Shown: positions 40,376-54,434, numbered from the stretch's first letter. The stretch: 64,000 nt of DNA from Octopus vulgaris (GCA_951406725.2 OX597820.1:78740001-78804000), one strand, 5' to 3'. The notes: generated from the letters alone by a model not told the origin. Program-made: numbers and translations.

Positions 40376-41164
40376 TAGATAGATAGACAGACAGACATGT
40401 GTGTATGTACGTATGTATGTGTGTATGTATTTATTTATGTATATATGCATGCATTTATGTATGTATGTATGTATGTATGTATGTATGTATGTATGTAGCA
40501 ACTTGTATATCTCATTTCACGTAAACATACAGCAAGAAAGTCACAATACTGCAGCATTCGTGTTGAGAAAGTATTTTATACATAACGTATAGGACTAAAA
40601 AGCACAGAAATATAACAGTAACAGATGAAGAGTGTCCAGTAGCGGCGGTGGTATTGCTACAGCAAGTGATTTCTGCGTATTTTCGAGTCATCAGTACCAG
40701 ACATCCACTATTAAACGCATTCTTTGGCAAATTTCGCCGCCACAGATATATAGCAAAGTAGTGACTAATAAATCATTGGTGTGGCAAATAGCTGGCGGAC
40801 TGGGTAGAGATTTGATATTGGCGGCGGGAACACTATTGATAGAGAAGAACAGTCTATACACTATCTGATTCTGATATTTCTCTGCATTTTAACACTACGT
40901 GCTTTTAAGAGATGCTCTCTCAAGACGAATAAACGCGATTTTGTCGATTTCTACGGTATCTTCACGTTAAATAAGATATATCAATTGCTAATACTACTTT
41001 CGCAGCGAATGACGAATATATAATCAAAAGAGGGCAGCGATATCGAACTCCTTCCTTCACCAGAAGCCAAAACCATAGAATTGGCTGATTATAAGGTTAT
41101 TACAATGACGGTGCCCCAGCATGGCCGCAGCCTCAAGACCGAAACATATAAAAGAATAAAAGAA

Positions 41165-41329
41165 TAGTTAGGGCAGCGGACTCGCGGTCGTAGGATCGCG
41201 GTTTCGATTCCCAGACCGGGCGTTGTGAGTGTATATTGAGCGAAAACACCTAAAGCTCCACGTGGCTCCGGCAAGGGGTAGTGGTGATCCCTGTTGTACT
41301 CTTTCACCACAACTTTCTCTCACTCTTTC

Positions 41330-41332
<3 letters not shown>
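41165..41332 (+). mobile_element. SINE family D, 5' part
   Basis: tRNA-like head with GGTTTCGATTCCC; sequence overlap with 34060-34215. Confidence 0.65.
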
Positions 41333-41366
<34 letters not shown>

Positions 41367-41933
41367 AATGCATGTAGGTTTGTATTTATATATGCATGTA
41401 CGTACGCATGCATACATAAATCGCTCACAAGGCACTGGTCGTCCCGGAGCAATAGTATGAGACACTTGCCCAAGGTCCAACGCAATTTAACTAAACCTGA
41501 AACCATGTGGTTGACAAGCGAAGTTCTTAACCACGTAATCGTACATTCAACTAGTACTCAGTGAAAATTTAAAAAAAAAAAACAAATATAAAACACCAAC
41601 ATCCCTAGTTCAGGCTCGAACCAGTGAACAAGTATTTCGAACCAGTAGCAATAACCAGTCCTCCATTGACCATAGCATATCCATATCATACGCTCGCTTT
41701 TCAACCTCATGGTAAGGAAAGAGAGAGTTGTCTCCCTTGCACTACTAATTTTCTTGTCGAGTTTCGAAGTATATTCCATAATTGTACTATTTGCATTATG
41801 TAGACACATTAATGCATACAATTACAAATCGTATTACGAAAGGGTATCTACGAATATGGTTTAGCCTTTGGATATAAATAATTTAAACTAGAGAGTTATT
41901 AATTACTTTTTTTATTCAATATACGAATCCTGT

Positions 41934-42540
41934 GGCGGCGAGCTGGCCGAATCGTTAGCACGCCGAGCGAAATGCGTAGCCGTATTTCGTCTGCCGCTAC
42001 GTTCTGAGTTGAAATTCCGCCGAGGTCGACTTTGCCATTCATCCTTTCAGGGTCGATTAAATAAGTACTAGTTACGCAATGGGGTCGTAACTTAATCCGT
42101 TTGTCTGTCCTTGTTTGTCCTCTCTGTGTTTAGCCCCTTGCGGGTAGTCAAGAAATAGGTATTTCGTCTGCCGCTACGTTCAGAGTTCAAATTCCGCCGA
42201 GGTCGACTTTGCCCTTCATCCTTTCGGGATCGATTAATTCAGTACCAGTTACGCACTGGGGTCTATCTAATCGACTTAATCCGTTTGTCTGTCCTTGTTT
42301 ATCCGCTCTATGTTTAGCCCCTTGTGGGCTATAAAGAAATAAGAAATGCTAGCACACAGGCGAAATACTTCGCGGTAATTCGTCTATCACACATTCTCAG
42401 TTCAAATTCCGCCGAGGTCGAATTTGCATTTCATTGTTTCGGGCTCGATAAATTAAGTACCAGCTGCGTACTGGGGTCAATCTAATCGACTGCCCGCCCT
42501 TACCCAAAATTTTCGGGCCTTGTACCGAGAGTAGAAAATA
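41934..42540 (+). mobile_element. SINE family B multimer (head + three bodies, two tail types)
   Basis: GGCGGCGAGCTGGCCGAA head; TTCAAATTCCGCCGAGGTCG-type core three times. Confidence 0.9.
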
Positions 42541-42756
42541 ATATACGAAGCATGTATTTTGAAATTTCATTACGTATTTTAACATTTTTAGTTTTGTGTG
42601 TGTGTGTGTTTGTGTGTGTTTGTGTGTGTGTGTGTGTATGTGTGTGTGTGCATGTGTGTGTGTGTGTGCGCGCGTGCGTGTAGTCAATACAAACAAGATC
42701 AAGCAAGAGAAAATAACAACGCGAGGATGTAGTACAAGTACTGTGTTATTGTACGC

Positions 42757-42862
<106 letters not shown>

Positions 42863-42896
42863 CGAGTATATATATAAATTTATAACTTTATAAATT

Positions 42897-42950
<54 letters not shown>

Positions 42951-43483
42951 TTATATATTTATAAATTTAATAGTGTTCACTTCCGGATTCTCTTACTCTG
43001 TGAAAGTTTCTAGATCGAATCACACCGGTCTCGAGATGTGCTGAAGATTTTCTATTTTGGATATATTTGGGGTACTTAGGTCTGCTCAGGACTTAGTGCT
43101 TGCTTTTTCCATGAGTATGAGTAAGTATTTCATTTATGTCTTACTTATTTATCGCTGGCGAGGAGAAAATTCTTATCAATTAACCCCGAAATTGGGACCA
43201 ATACGGTAATAATAGAATTTTTTAGAAATTTCTATCGGCATGTTTCGAGACGCATGAATTATAATGGTTATTGACAATTTTGTCGTTTTTCGGCATATTT
43301 GGCATTAGAATTTTTCTTTTGCCTTTATTTTATAAGTTATATAAATATAGAATAAGTACTAGGCTTACAAACAATAAGTCCTAGTGTCGATCTGTTCGAC
43401 TACAGGCGTGCTCCAGCACTGCCGCATTCAAATGACTGAAACCTATGAAAGAATAAAAGAATGTATATGTAAATATCAGTGAA

Positions 43484-43696
43484 GGCACGAGGCACAGTGG
43501 TTACGACAGTTGTTCCCAACCTGGGATCCGCGGACCCCTGCCCCTCCGCAAAGGTAATACTAGGGGTCCGTTAACAAAAATTAAAAGTTCATGTGTGTGT
43601 GTGTGTGTGCGCGCGTGCGTGTAGTCAATACAAACAAGAACAAGCAAGAGAAAATAACAACGCGGGGATGTAGTACAAGTACTGTGTTATTGGACG

Positions 43697-43793
<97 letters not shown>

Positions 43794-43800
43794 CACACAT

Positions 43801-43845
<45 letters not shown>

Positions 43846-43854
43846 AATTTATAA

Positions 43855-43918
<64 letters not shown>

Positions 43919-44233
43919 TTATATATTTATAAATTTAATAGTGTTCACTTCCGGATTCTCTCACTCTGTGAAAGTTTCTAGATCGAATCACACCGGTCTC
44001 GAGATGTGCTGAAGATAGTAAGTATTTCATTTATGTCTTACGTATTTATCGCTGGCGAGGGGAAAATTCTTATCAATTAACCCCGAAATTGGGACCAATA
44101 CGGTAATAACGGAATTTTTTAGGAATTTCTATCGGCATGTTTCGAGACGCATAAATTATAATGGTTATTGACAATTTTGTCGTTTTTCGGCATATTTGGC
44201 ATTAGAATTTTTCTTATGCCTTTATTTTATAAG

Positions 44234-44306
<73 letters not shown>

Positions 44307-44685
44307 TGTATGTATGTATATATTTATATATATAAGGATAGGAGTAGTAAAAGGGTTCCGTGAGAAAGATCATTTAAATAAAAGGGTTGGGAACCACTGG
44401 GTTACGATAAGCATCTCACGATCGCCAGGTTATGAGTTCAATTCCCGGCGACGCATCGTATCCTTCAGCAAGACGCTTTATTTCACGTTTTCTCCAGTCC
44501 ACTCAGCTGGCAAAAATGAGTTATACAAGTAATTCAAACGGCTAGCTTTGTCATATTCTGTGTCACACTGACTCTCTCTGAGAACTACGTAATGGGAACG
44601 CGTGTCTGTGGAGTGCTCAGCCACTTGCACGTTAATTTCATGAGCAGGCTGTTCCTTTGATCGGATCAACTGGACCCTAGTCATC
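43484..44685 (+). mobile_element. SINE family C split in its head by a hAT MITE
   Basis: GGCACAGTGGTTACGA | insertion | GGTTACGATAAGC..GAGTTCAATTCC and the family C body. Confidence 0.8.
43507..44399. mobile_element. hAT (Charlie-like) non-autonomous element with perfect 8-bp TSD
   Basis: TIRs CAGTTGTTCCCAACCT / GGGTTGGGAACCACTG; TSD GGTTACGA at 43499-43506 and 44400-44407. Confidence 0.9.
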
Positions 44686-44690
44686 CTTCT

Positions 44691-44782
<92 letters not shown>

Positions 44783-44787
<5 letters not shown>

Positions 44788-44970
44788 ATCCAAACAAGAA
44801 AGCACAAAAAACACAACAACGCGAGGACGTGGAAGAAATATAGTATCATTGGACACTCAGGAAAGCAGGAAAGAAGGAGGGTTTAACGTTTCGAGCGGAG
44901 CTCTTCGTCGGAAACATAGGAGAAGGAAAAATCCAGAGAAGGGAAGACAGAGGAAAAAAATCGCCAACGG
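44783..44970 (-). mobile_element. TA-flanked PLE-like fragment with HHR motif (44881-44915)
   Basis: Minus strand GTTT-CCGACGA-A-GAGC-TCC-GCTC-GAAA-CG-TT-AAAC. Confidence 0.6.
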
Positions 44971-46419
44971 TATATATATATATATATATATATCAAAATG
45001 GAACAAAAACGCAATAGAGGGCATTAAAATATTCGGACAGATAGACGACACAAAGGCGGACAACAGCAACATCAATTAGATGGACAGGCAGAAAAAGACG
45101 GGTCATTCTTGGCTTTCTTTCATCAGTCAAGTACCAGACGTCACGACCATTTCGGACAGTTACACTTGAGATGGTTCGATTTGGTTGTTCCCCAAAAAAC
45201 GTCTAAGCTACGAGCATTAGACCCCTTTGTAAGAAAGCTAGCGAATGTGTACGGCAACAAAGACAAAAAGAAAAGCAAAAAAAAAAACAAACAAAAAACG
45301 GAGAACATGGTACACAATTACGAATACAATTACGAATTTGTTTATAGTTATCGAATGTTCGTGCTACACCTTAGCTCTGTCTCTCCATCACATCGATGTT
45401 GTCTTAACAGGTGCTCAGTGTAACGCGCGTCAGGTGTCAAAGAGCAACGTGAGATGAACGAAATGTTTTGCGAAAGAACACAACGCACCACCCAGTCTAC
45501 GAATTGAAACCACGATCGCGCGACTTTAACCACTAGGCTTTACGTCCTCACGATGTGCGTGTGTGTGTGCGTGTCTGTGTGTCCAAATAGTTTTTTTTAT
45601 TAACCTAGCATTTACACACTATTGTTTATAACTTAATCTGCTTCGGGATTCACCGTTCCAAAAAAGAATTACTTCATGTTCCCTTGACAATTTTAAATTC
45701 CTATGTGTCATTATTTCTAAGCGTGTGCGACGTAGTATTTGCATGTACATGTGTATGGGTGTGTATGTTTTGTGTTCTTTGTTGTGTGTGTGTGTGTGTT
45801 TGTCCGTTCCCACCATTTGATAGCTCCTGTCGGATTCTTTACGTCTCCATAAATATTTAGCATAAGTACCAGAGTCGATATAAAAATAAATGATGGGATC
45901 GATTTGTTCGATTAAACCCTTCAAGGCGATGCTCCAGTATGGCCACGGTCCAATAACGGAAACATAAGATACGAAGGCGTTAAGCGACAACAAACAATAA
46001 TAATTTTGAAGGCTAAAGTCAAGTAAGAGTTACCTCCCTGTATAGGTCTGGTTTACTTTTGCCGTCACGACAAAAACTTTATTTGAGATTTTGCTGGAGG
46101 TTATTTCAAGAAAAGTAGAGATATTTGGGATCTGCCGTCAGATCAAGACAATTTAACCAAAGTTTCGGAGCAGATTAATAGAAAAATATTACATCATGGT
46201 TATGGATGGATAGTGGGATGGGGTGTAGCAAAATGTGAAAAATTGAAATTTTTCCGAAAACTATTTTGTTCAGAATCGTAATTCATGTGGTACTAAAGGC
46301 AAGAATATTATAAAATGAAGGTGCGTTTCTACGTTTTTTTTTTTTTTTCCTTTCCCACAAAATACAGGTGGTACATCTAGTCAATATACAATTCCTCAGT
46401 CAATATACGAATGCTTTGA

Positions 46420-47003
46420 AGGCGGCGAGCTAGCAGACACGTTAGCACGCCGGGCGAAATGTGTAGCCGTATTTCATCTGCTGTTACGTTCTGAGTTCAA
46501 ATTCCGCCGAGGTTGACTTTGCCTTTCATCCTTTCGGCGTCGATTAAATAAGTACCAGTTACGCACTGGGGTCGATATAATCGACTTAATCCGTTTGTCT
46601 GTCCTTGTTTGTCCCCTCTGTGTTTAGCCCCTTGTGGGTAGTAAAGAAATAGGTATTTCGTCTATCTTCTGAGTTCAAATTCCACCGAGGTCGACTTTGC
46701 CTTTCATACTTTCGGGGTCGATTAAATAAGTACCAGTTACGCACTGGGGTCGATATAATCGACTTAATCCGTTTGTCTGTCCTTGTTTGTCCCTTCTATG
46801 TTTAGCCCCTTGTGGGTAGTAAAGAAATAGAAATAGGTATTTCGTCTGTCTTTACGTTCTGAGTTTAAATTCCGCCGAGGTCGACTTTGCCTTTCATCCT
46901 TTCGGGGTCGATGCATTTAGTACCAGCTGTGTACTGAGATCGATCTAACCGACTGCCCCCTGCCCAAAAATTTCAGGCCTTGTGCCTAGAATAGAAAAGA
47001 ATA
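46420..47003 (+). mobile_element. SINE family B multimer
   Basis: Same head + body/tail-1 + body/tail-1 + body/tail-2 layout as 41934-42540. Confidence 0.9.
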
Positions 47004-47267
47004 TACGAATGTTTTTGAATTTCAGTCAAATAACGAGCCTCGTACTCAAAGTTTAGCCGTTTTGTTTCTCATAATTACCTGGTGGGTAGGCTTGGCTGTG
47101 TGATAAAGAAATTCGCTGGCCAATCGCGTGGTTTGGGGTTCTGTCCCACAGCGCGGCTCTCTGCAAAAGGTGGCTTCCACTATACCTTGTGTGTGAACTT
47201 GGCACGTGGAAACTGTATGAACGTCTGCTGCGCGCACGCGAAATGCGTGCGTGTGTGTGTGTGTCTG

Positions 47268-47347
<80 letters not shown>

Positions 47348-48167
47348 TGTGTGTGTGTGTTTGACCTCACCCCTCCTTCCCTTTTGACCTTTTTTTTCAA
47401 CACCCTTTAACTCAGTTTTTGGGCATAAGAAACCGATGGAATGAATAAGAGAGTTTGGCAAAGAAAAAATAAATAAATAGTGCAGTGGGTCATATTCGAC
47501 GAAAATCTTTCGAGGTGATGCTCCGGCATGGCCGTTGTCCAATGACTAAACTATGTGAAAAAAAGATAAGAAAATTAGGAAAATAAAACAAAGATTTCTA
47601 TCTTAAAAGAATTTTTGATTCGTTGCCAGATCTTTGTCTTCATCATCATCGTCATCATCATCATCATCACCACCATTATCATCATTGTCATCATCATCAT
47701 CATCATTAGCATCATCAGAAATATCAACAACAACAACAATAACTAAAATAATATTCCAACAATCCCACAATCGAAGCCGCCAATAACTTACTGAAAGATG
47801 AGAGTTATTTCCCTTTGACTGCAAGCTGCGGTAACTATGCGTTTTTATGATATTATTGTTATTTAATCATAGGAATTTTTTCACTAGCAGATGTTGATGT
47901 ACATGTTGTTCTTGTTAGTGGTGGTGGTGGTGGTGGTGGTAAACATTCATGCCTGATTTAACAAGAGAGCAACAATCAAACTGTGACAAGGTTTATTATT
48001 TCTTGCCTGAAAGCATCCTTCTTGATTGAACACCGAAGCGTGTAAGTTGAGGGAGATTTGGCTTTTGTGTCTAGCAGAATGAAACACCCCCGATGACTTT
48101 TCGACAGGATACAGATGGATACATAGCTGTTGCGACGATTCAAATCGATATTTCAAAAAGAAATTTT

Positions 48168-48510
48168 GTGCTGTGTAGTAAGTAGCTTGCTTACCAACCA
48201 CGTGGTTCCGGGTTCAGTCCCACAGCGTGGTACCTTGGGCAAGTGTCTTCTACTATAGCCTCGTGCCGACCAAAGCCTTGTGAGTGGATTTGGTAGACGG
48301 AAACTGAAAGAAACTCGTCGTATATATATATAAGTTCAGTAAAAGTTCAGCGAAATGGAAATAAGAATATATATTGTCCGTTTGATGGAAGACTTCTATA
48401 AATGGCTGAAGATTGTTCAACATTTTAAAATTGATGTAATACTTATAATATTTAATAAAATGAAATAGCATGAAACGATCGTACCAAATTACCTAAGATA
48501 TACTTGTTAC

Positions 48511-48563
<53 letters not shown>

Positions 48564-48575
48564 TGTATGTATGTA

Positions 48576-48627
<52 letters not shown>

Positions 48628-48822
48628 TCCTAACATCGCTTGACAACCGATGCTGGCATGTTTACGTCACCGTAACTTAGCGGTTCGACAAAAGAGACCG
48701 ATAGAATAAATACTAGGCTTACAAAGAATAAGTCCTGGGGTCGATTTGCTCGACTACAGGCGGTGCTCCAGCATGGCCGCAGTCAAAATGACTGAAACAA
48801 GTAGAAGAATAAAATAATAAAA
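48168..48822 (+). mobile_element. SINE family A with an HHR element (~48333-48518) in its central (TA)n
   Basis: Head 48168-48320, 3' body 48620-48822. Confidence 0.85.
48403..48486 (+). ncRNA. Type-I HHR motif with enlarged helix-II loop
   Basis: TGG-CTGAAGA-TTGTT...AGCAT-GAAAC-GATC-GTA-CCA; palindromic helix III ACGATCGT. Confidence 0.6.
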
Positions 48823-48996
48823 GAATTATGGTTAAGCAGTCGTGTCGTAACGCTGCAATGTTGTGTTCAATCCCAGCCTGCGGCGCTATGGAGTTTGTTC
48901 GTTTTCTGGTATTTTTTCTCCTTTTTTTTTCTTGTTGCCTTCAGTTGACCAATAATTGGTCGAGGAATTCTGGTGGACGATAACTGGACTTAGCCG

Positions 48997-49050
<54 letters not shown>

Positions 49051-49619
49051 ATGTGCATGCGCATACGTTGCTCGTGCGGGTGCACTTGCGTGTGTGCCCG
49101 CGTGTGCGCCTGCGTGTATAATCCAAAGCTCAGTGAGACAACTACTGTACTCCGTCCACTAGGATTGAGGGTTCAAGTCTATCCATATGCACTTTTATCT
49201 TATATGAAAACTTGGCCGTTAGACAACGCAGATTAGGGACAATCGGGCGCGGCAGTTTGGACATTGATGATTTGGCACGGCTGATAGGACATTCAGCCTG
49301 CTTTAACAACAGTATGTTTTGGTACTGGAGGCAATGCACATGCGCACGCGTGCACGAGCATAAATATATGAATACAGAGAGAATACGAGAAAGAGAAGAG
49401 AAGAGGAGTGAGGAGGAGGAGATTACTCGTACATTAAAAGATAACAACATGCTTATGCATAAACAGAGATAAAGAGGCAGACAGAAGGAGAGAGGAGGGA
49501 GAGAGGAAGGAGAGGGAGATGGGAGAGAGAGAGAGAAGCCATTATGTTGCAACAAGAAATAGATTTTGCGATGAACCTAATGTTAATGTTATCAATATTA
49601 ATGAACGCACAGTCCGAAA

Positions 49620-50665
49620 GGCGGTGAGCTGGCAGAAACGTTTGCACTCCGGGCGATATACTTTGCGGTATTTCGTCAGTCTTTATGTTCTGAGTTCAAA
49701 TTCCGCCGAGGTCGACTCTGCCTTTCATCTTTTCGGTGTCGATAAATTAGGTACTGGGGTCGATCTAATCGACTCCCCCCCCCTCCTCAAAAATTTCGGG
49801 CTTCGTGCCAAGAGTAGAAAAGAATATTTATGAACGTACAGTCCGAAAGGCGGCGAGCTGGCAGAAAAGTTAGCACGCTGGGCGAAATGCGTAGCCGTAT
49901 TTCGTCTGCTGAGTTCAAATTCCGCCGAGGTCGACTTTGCCTTTCATACTTTCGGGGTCGGTAAATTAAGTACCAGCTACGAACTGGGGTCTATGTAATC
50001 GACTTGATCTGTTTGTCTGTCCTTGTTTGTCCTCTCTGTGTTTAGACCCTTGTGGGTAATAAAGAAATATGTATTTCGTCTGCCGCTACGTTCTGAGTTC
50101 AAATTTCGCCGAGGTCGACTTTGCCTTTCATCCTTTCGGGGTCGATTAAATAAGTACCAGTTACGCACTGGAGTCGATATAATCGACTTAATCTGTTTGT
50201 CTGTCCTTGTTTGTCCTCTCTGTGTTTAGCCCCTTGTAGGTAGTAAAGAAATATGTATTTCGTCTGCCGTTACGTTCTAAGTTCAGATTCCACCGGGGTC
50301 GGGTTTGCCTTATGGGGTCGATTAAATAAGTACAAGTTAATTACACTGGCGTCGATGTAATCGACTTAGTCCCATTGTTTGTCCCCTCTGTGTTTAACCC
50401 CTTGTGGGCAATAAAGAAATAAATATTTATGAACGCAGATTCCGAAAAGCGGCGAGCTGGCAGAAACGTTAGCAAGCCGGGCGAAATGCTTAGTAGTATT
50501 TCGTATGTCTTTACGTTCTGAGTTCAAATTCCGCCAAGGTCGATTTCTCCTTTCATTCTTTTGGGATCAATAAATTAAATACCAGTTGCGTACTGGGGTC
50601 GATCTAATCGACTGCCCCCTCCCACCAAATTTCAGGCCTTGTGCTTAGAGTAGGAAGGAATATTC
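49620..50665 (+). mobile_element. Cluster of SINE family B monomers and multimers
   Basis: Heads at ~49620, 49849 and 50449; five cores; spacer ATGAACG..AGTCCGAAAG recurs before each head. Confidence 0.9.
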
Positions 50666-50987
50666 ATGAATGTATGTGGGAAGTCATCCAACCATCCAAT
50701 CACTGCACGCCTTAGTTCCATTCAAACTGACCAGTAAAAGCAGCTGGCCATTGTACCGTACATCTTTCGGGTTTTTTTACTTGTTTCTGTCATTAGACTG
50801 TGGTTATGCTGGGGCACCAGTATTTATTTATACATACATACATACATACATGTATGTATGTATTATGTATGTATTTCGCCAAGAATTTATTCTGTCGGTG
50901 TCTTTTCCCGAAGAGGTTGTCAAGCGGTGTATGTTTGTGTGTGTGCGTTTATAAATACATACATATATATATATATATATATAAACA

Positions 50988-51023
<36 letters not shown>

Positions 51024-51031
51024 TACATACT

Positions 51032-51066
<35 letters not shown>

Positions 51067-51068
<2 letters not shown>

Positions 51069-54000
51069 TTTATTTAAAGCAGCAGAAAATTCAACAAACC
51101 TGTTACTCTGAGTTTCCCTTTAACGTTCATCGGACAGTTTTTGCTAGAAAAAACTTCCGATGACAGTTAGGGTTATGGTTAGGGTTAGGGTAAGGGGTTA
51201 GGGTTAGGGTTAGGGTTAGGGTTTAGGGCAAGGGTTAGGGTTAGGGTTAGGATTAGGGTTAGGGTTAAGGTTAGGGTTACGGTTACGGTTAGGCTCAGAG
51301 TCAGGGTTAGGGTTAGGGTCAGGGTCAGGGTTAGGGTCAGGGTCAGGGTTAGGGTCAGGATCAGGGTCAGGGTTAGGGTCAGGGTCAGGGTCAGGGTTAG
51401 GGATAGGGTTAGGGTTAGAGTTAGGGTTAGGGTTAGGGTTAGGATTAGGTTTAGGGTTAGGGGGTTAGGTTAGGGTTAGTGTTAGGGTTAGGGTTAGGGT
51501 TAGGGTTAGATGTTAGGGTTAGGGTTAGGGTTAGTGTTAGGGTTAGGGTTAGGGTTAGGGTAAGGGTTAGGGTTAGTTTTGGGGTTAGGGTTAGGGTTAG
51601 GGTAAGGGTTAGGGTTAGGGTTAGGGTTAGGTTAGGGTAAGGGTTAGGGTAAGGGCTAGGGTTAGGGTTAGGGTTAGGGGTTAGGGTTAGGGTTAGGGTT
51701 ATGGTTGGTGTTGGGGTTAGGGTTAGGGATTAGGGTTAGGGATAGGTTTAGTGTTAGGGTTAGGGTTAGGGTTAGGGTTAGGGTAAGGGTGAGGGTTAGG
51801 GACAGGGTTAGGGTCAGGGTCAGGATCATGGTCAGGGTTACGGTTAGGGTTAGGGTTAATTTTAGGGTTAGGGTTAGGGTTAGGGTAAGCGTTAGGGTTA
51901 GGTAAGGGCTAGGGTGAGGGTTAGGGTTAGGGGTTAGGGTTAGGGTTAGGGTTAGGGTTAGTGTTAGGGTTAAGGTTAGGGTTAGGGCTAGGGTTAGGCT
52001 CAGAGTCAGGGTTAGGGTTAGTGTCAGGGTCAGGGTTAGGGTCAGGGTCAGGGACAGGGTTAGGGTCGGGGTCAGGATCATGGTCAGGGTTACGGTTAGG
52101 GTTAGGGTTAATTTTAGGGTTAGGGTTAGGGTTAGGGTAAGCGTTAGGGTTAGCGTTAGGGTTAGGGTTAGGGTTAGGTTTAGGGTTAGGGTTAGGGGTT
52201 AGGGTTAGGGTTAGGGTTAGGGCTGGGGGTTAGGGTTAGGGTTAGGGCTAGGGTTAGGGTAAGGGTTAGGGTTAGGGTTAGGGTTAGGGGTTAGGCTTAG
52301 GATTTGGGTTAGGGTTAGAGTTAGGGAAAGGGTTATGGTTAGGGTTAGAGTTAGTGTTGGGGTTAGGGTTAGGGTTAGGGTTAGGGTTAGGGTTAGGGTT
52401 TAGGGCAAGGGTTAGGGTTAGGTTAGGATTAGGGTTAGGGTTAAGGTTAGGGTTACGGTTACGGTTAGGCTCAGAGTCAGGGTTAGGGTTAGGGTCAGGG
52501 TCAGGGTTAGGGTCAGGGTCAGGGTTAGGGTCAGGATCAGGGTCAGGGTTAGCGTTAGGGTCAGGGTCAGGGTTAGGGATAGGGTTAGGGTTAGATTAGG
52601 GTTAGGGTTAGGGTTAGGATTAGGTTTAGGGTTAGGGTTAAGGTTAGGGTTAGTGTTAGGGTTAGTGTTAGGGTTAGGGTTAGATGTTAGGGTTAGGGTT
52701 AGGGTTAGTGTTAGGGTTAGGGTTAGGGTTAGGGTAAGGGTTAGGGTTAGTTTTGGGGTTAGGGTTAGGGTTAGGGTAAGGGTTAGGGTTAGGGTTAGGG
52801 TTAGGGTTAGGGTAAGGGTTAGGGTAAGGGCTAGGGTTAGGGTTAGGGTTAGGGGTTAGGGTTAGGATTAGGGTTAGGGTTGGTGTTGGGGTTAGGGTTA
52901 GGATTAGGGTTAGGGATAGGTTTAGTGTTAGGGTTAGGGTTAGGGTTAGGGTTAGGGTTAGGGTAAGGGTGAGGGTTAGGGACAGGGTTAGGGTCAGGGT
53001 CAGGATCATGGTCAGGGTTACGGTTAGGGTTAGGGTTAATTTTAGGGTTAGGGTTAGGGTTAGGGTAAGCGTTAGGGTTAGGGTAAGGGCTAGGGTTAGG
53101 GTTAGGGTTAGGGGTTAGGGTTAGGGTTAGGGTTAGGGCTAGGGTTAGGCTCAGAGTCAGGGTTAGGGTTAGTGTCAGGGTCAGGGTTAGGGTCAGGGTC
53201 AGGGACAGGGTTAGGGTCAGGGTCAGGATCATGGTCAGGGTTACGGTTAGGTTTAGGGTTAATTTTAGGGTTAGGGTTAGGGTTAGGTAAGCGTTAGGGT
53301 TAGCGTTAGGGTTAGGGTTAGGGTTAGGTTTAGGGTTAGGGTTAGGGTTAGGGTTAGGGTTAGGGTTAGGGCTGGGGTTAGGGTTAGGGTTAGGGCTAGG
53401 GTTAGGGGTAAGGGTTAGGGTAAGGGTTAGGGTTAGGGTTAGGCTTAGGATTTGGGTTAGGGTTAGAGTTAGGATAAGGGTTATGGTTAGGGTTAGAGTT
53501 AGGGTTGGGGTTAGGGTTAGCGTTAGGGTTAGGGTTAGGGTTAGGGTAAGGGTAATGGTTAGGGTTAGAGTTAGGGTTAGGTTTAGGGTTAGGGTTAGGG
53601 TTAGGAGTTAGGGTTAGGGTTAGGGTTAGGGGTTAGGGTTAGGGTAAGGGTTAGGGTTAGGGTTAGGGTTAGGGTTAGGGTAAGGGTTATGGTTAGGGTT
53701 AGAGTTAGGGTTAGGGTTAGGGTAAGGGTTAAGTTAGGGTTAGGGTCAAAGGGAAAGGTTGTAGATCGAAGGGTTACGTGCCACCAGCATGTACGAGATT
53801 AGGGTTATTTTAATTAGGGTTAATTAGTTAGGGTTAGGTTTAGTGTTATTTTATTATTATTAGGGTTAGCGTTATGGTTATTATTAGGGTTAGGGCTAGG
53901 TTTAGGGTTAGGGTTAGGGTTAGGGTTAGGGGTTAGGGTTAGGATTAGGGTTAGGGTTAGGTTAGGGTTAACTCTAGGGTTAGGGTTAGGGTTAGGGTTA

Positions 54001-54216
54001 GGGTAAGAGTTAGGGTTAGGGTTAGGGTTAGGATTAGGGTTAGGGTTTGGGGTTAGGGGTTAGGGTTGGGGTTAGGGTTAGCGTTAGGGTTAGGGTTAGG
54101 TTTAGGATGGTGGTTACGGTTAGGGTTACGGTTTTTGCTAGAAAAACTGTTCGATTAACGGCAACAGAAAACTCAGTATAACTGGTTTTGTTGAATTTTC
54201 TGCTGGTGTAAATAAA

Positions 54217-54218
<2 letters not shown>
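51067..54218. mobile_element. TA-flanked HHR-like foldback whose arms (~51067-51143 and ~54142-54218) bracket the telomeric array
   Basis: ACTTTATTTAAAGCAGCAGAAAATTCAACAAACC.. on the left versus ..GGTTTTGTTGAATTTTCTGCTGGTGTAAATAAAGT on the right; minus strand 51100-51137 CTGT-CCGATGA-ACG..GAAAC-TCAGA-GTA-ACAG; relative at 55027-55230. Confidence 0.7.
51166..54130 (+). repeat. Interstitial telomere-like (TTAGGG)n array with variant units and a ~1.18-kb higher-order duplication
   Basis: TTAGGG with TCAGGG/TAAGGG/CTAGGG/TTAGTG variants; landmarks repeat at 51222/52399 and 51292/52468. Confidence 0.97.
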
Positions 54219-54290
<72 letters not shown>

Positions 54291-54434
54291 AAAGCAATTA
54301 AGATTCAAGTCAATTCTAATGAATTCACTTGAATGTGGTACTTAACTTAGATGCACCAGAAAACTATATGGTGTTAACCATATAGTAATGTGGGGTGATT
54401 ATAAACGAGAAAGAAGCAACAAGAATGGATTAGT

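Noticed and set aside
51166-54130. True chromosome end, or [12 protein letters not shown] proteins
   Set aside because: About 10 kb of ordinary sequence follows, the array is degenerate with higher-order duplication, and the ORFs are hexamer translations
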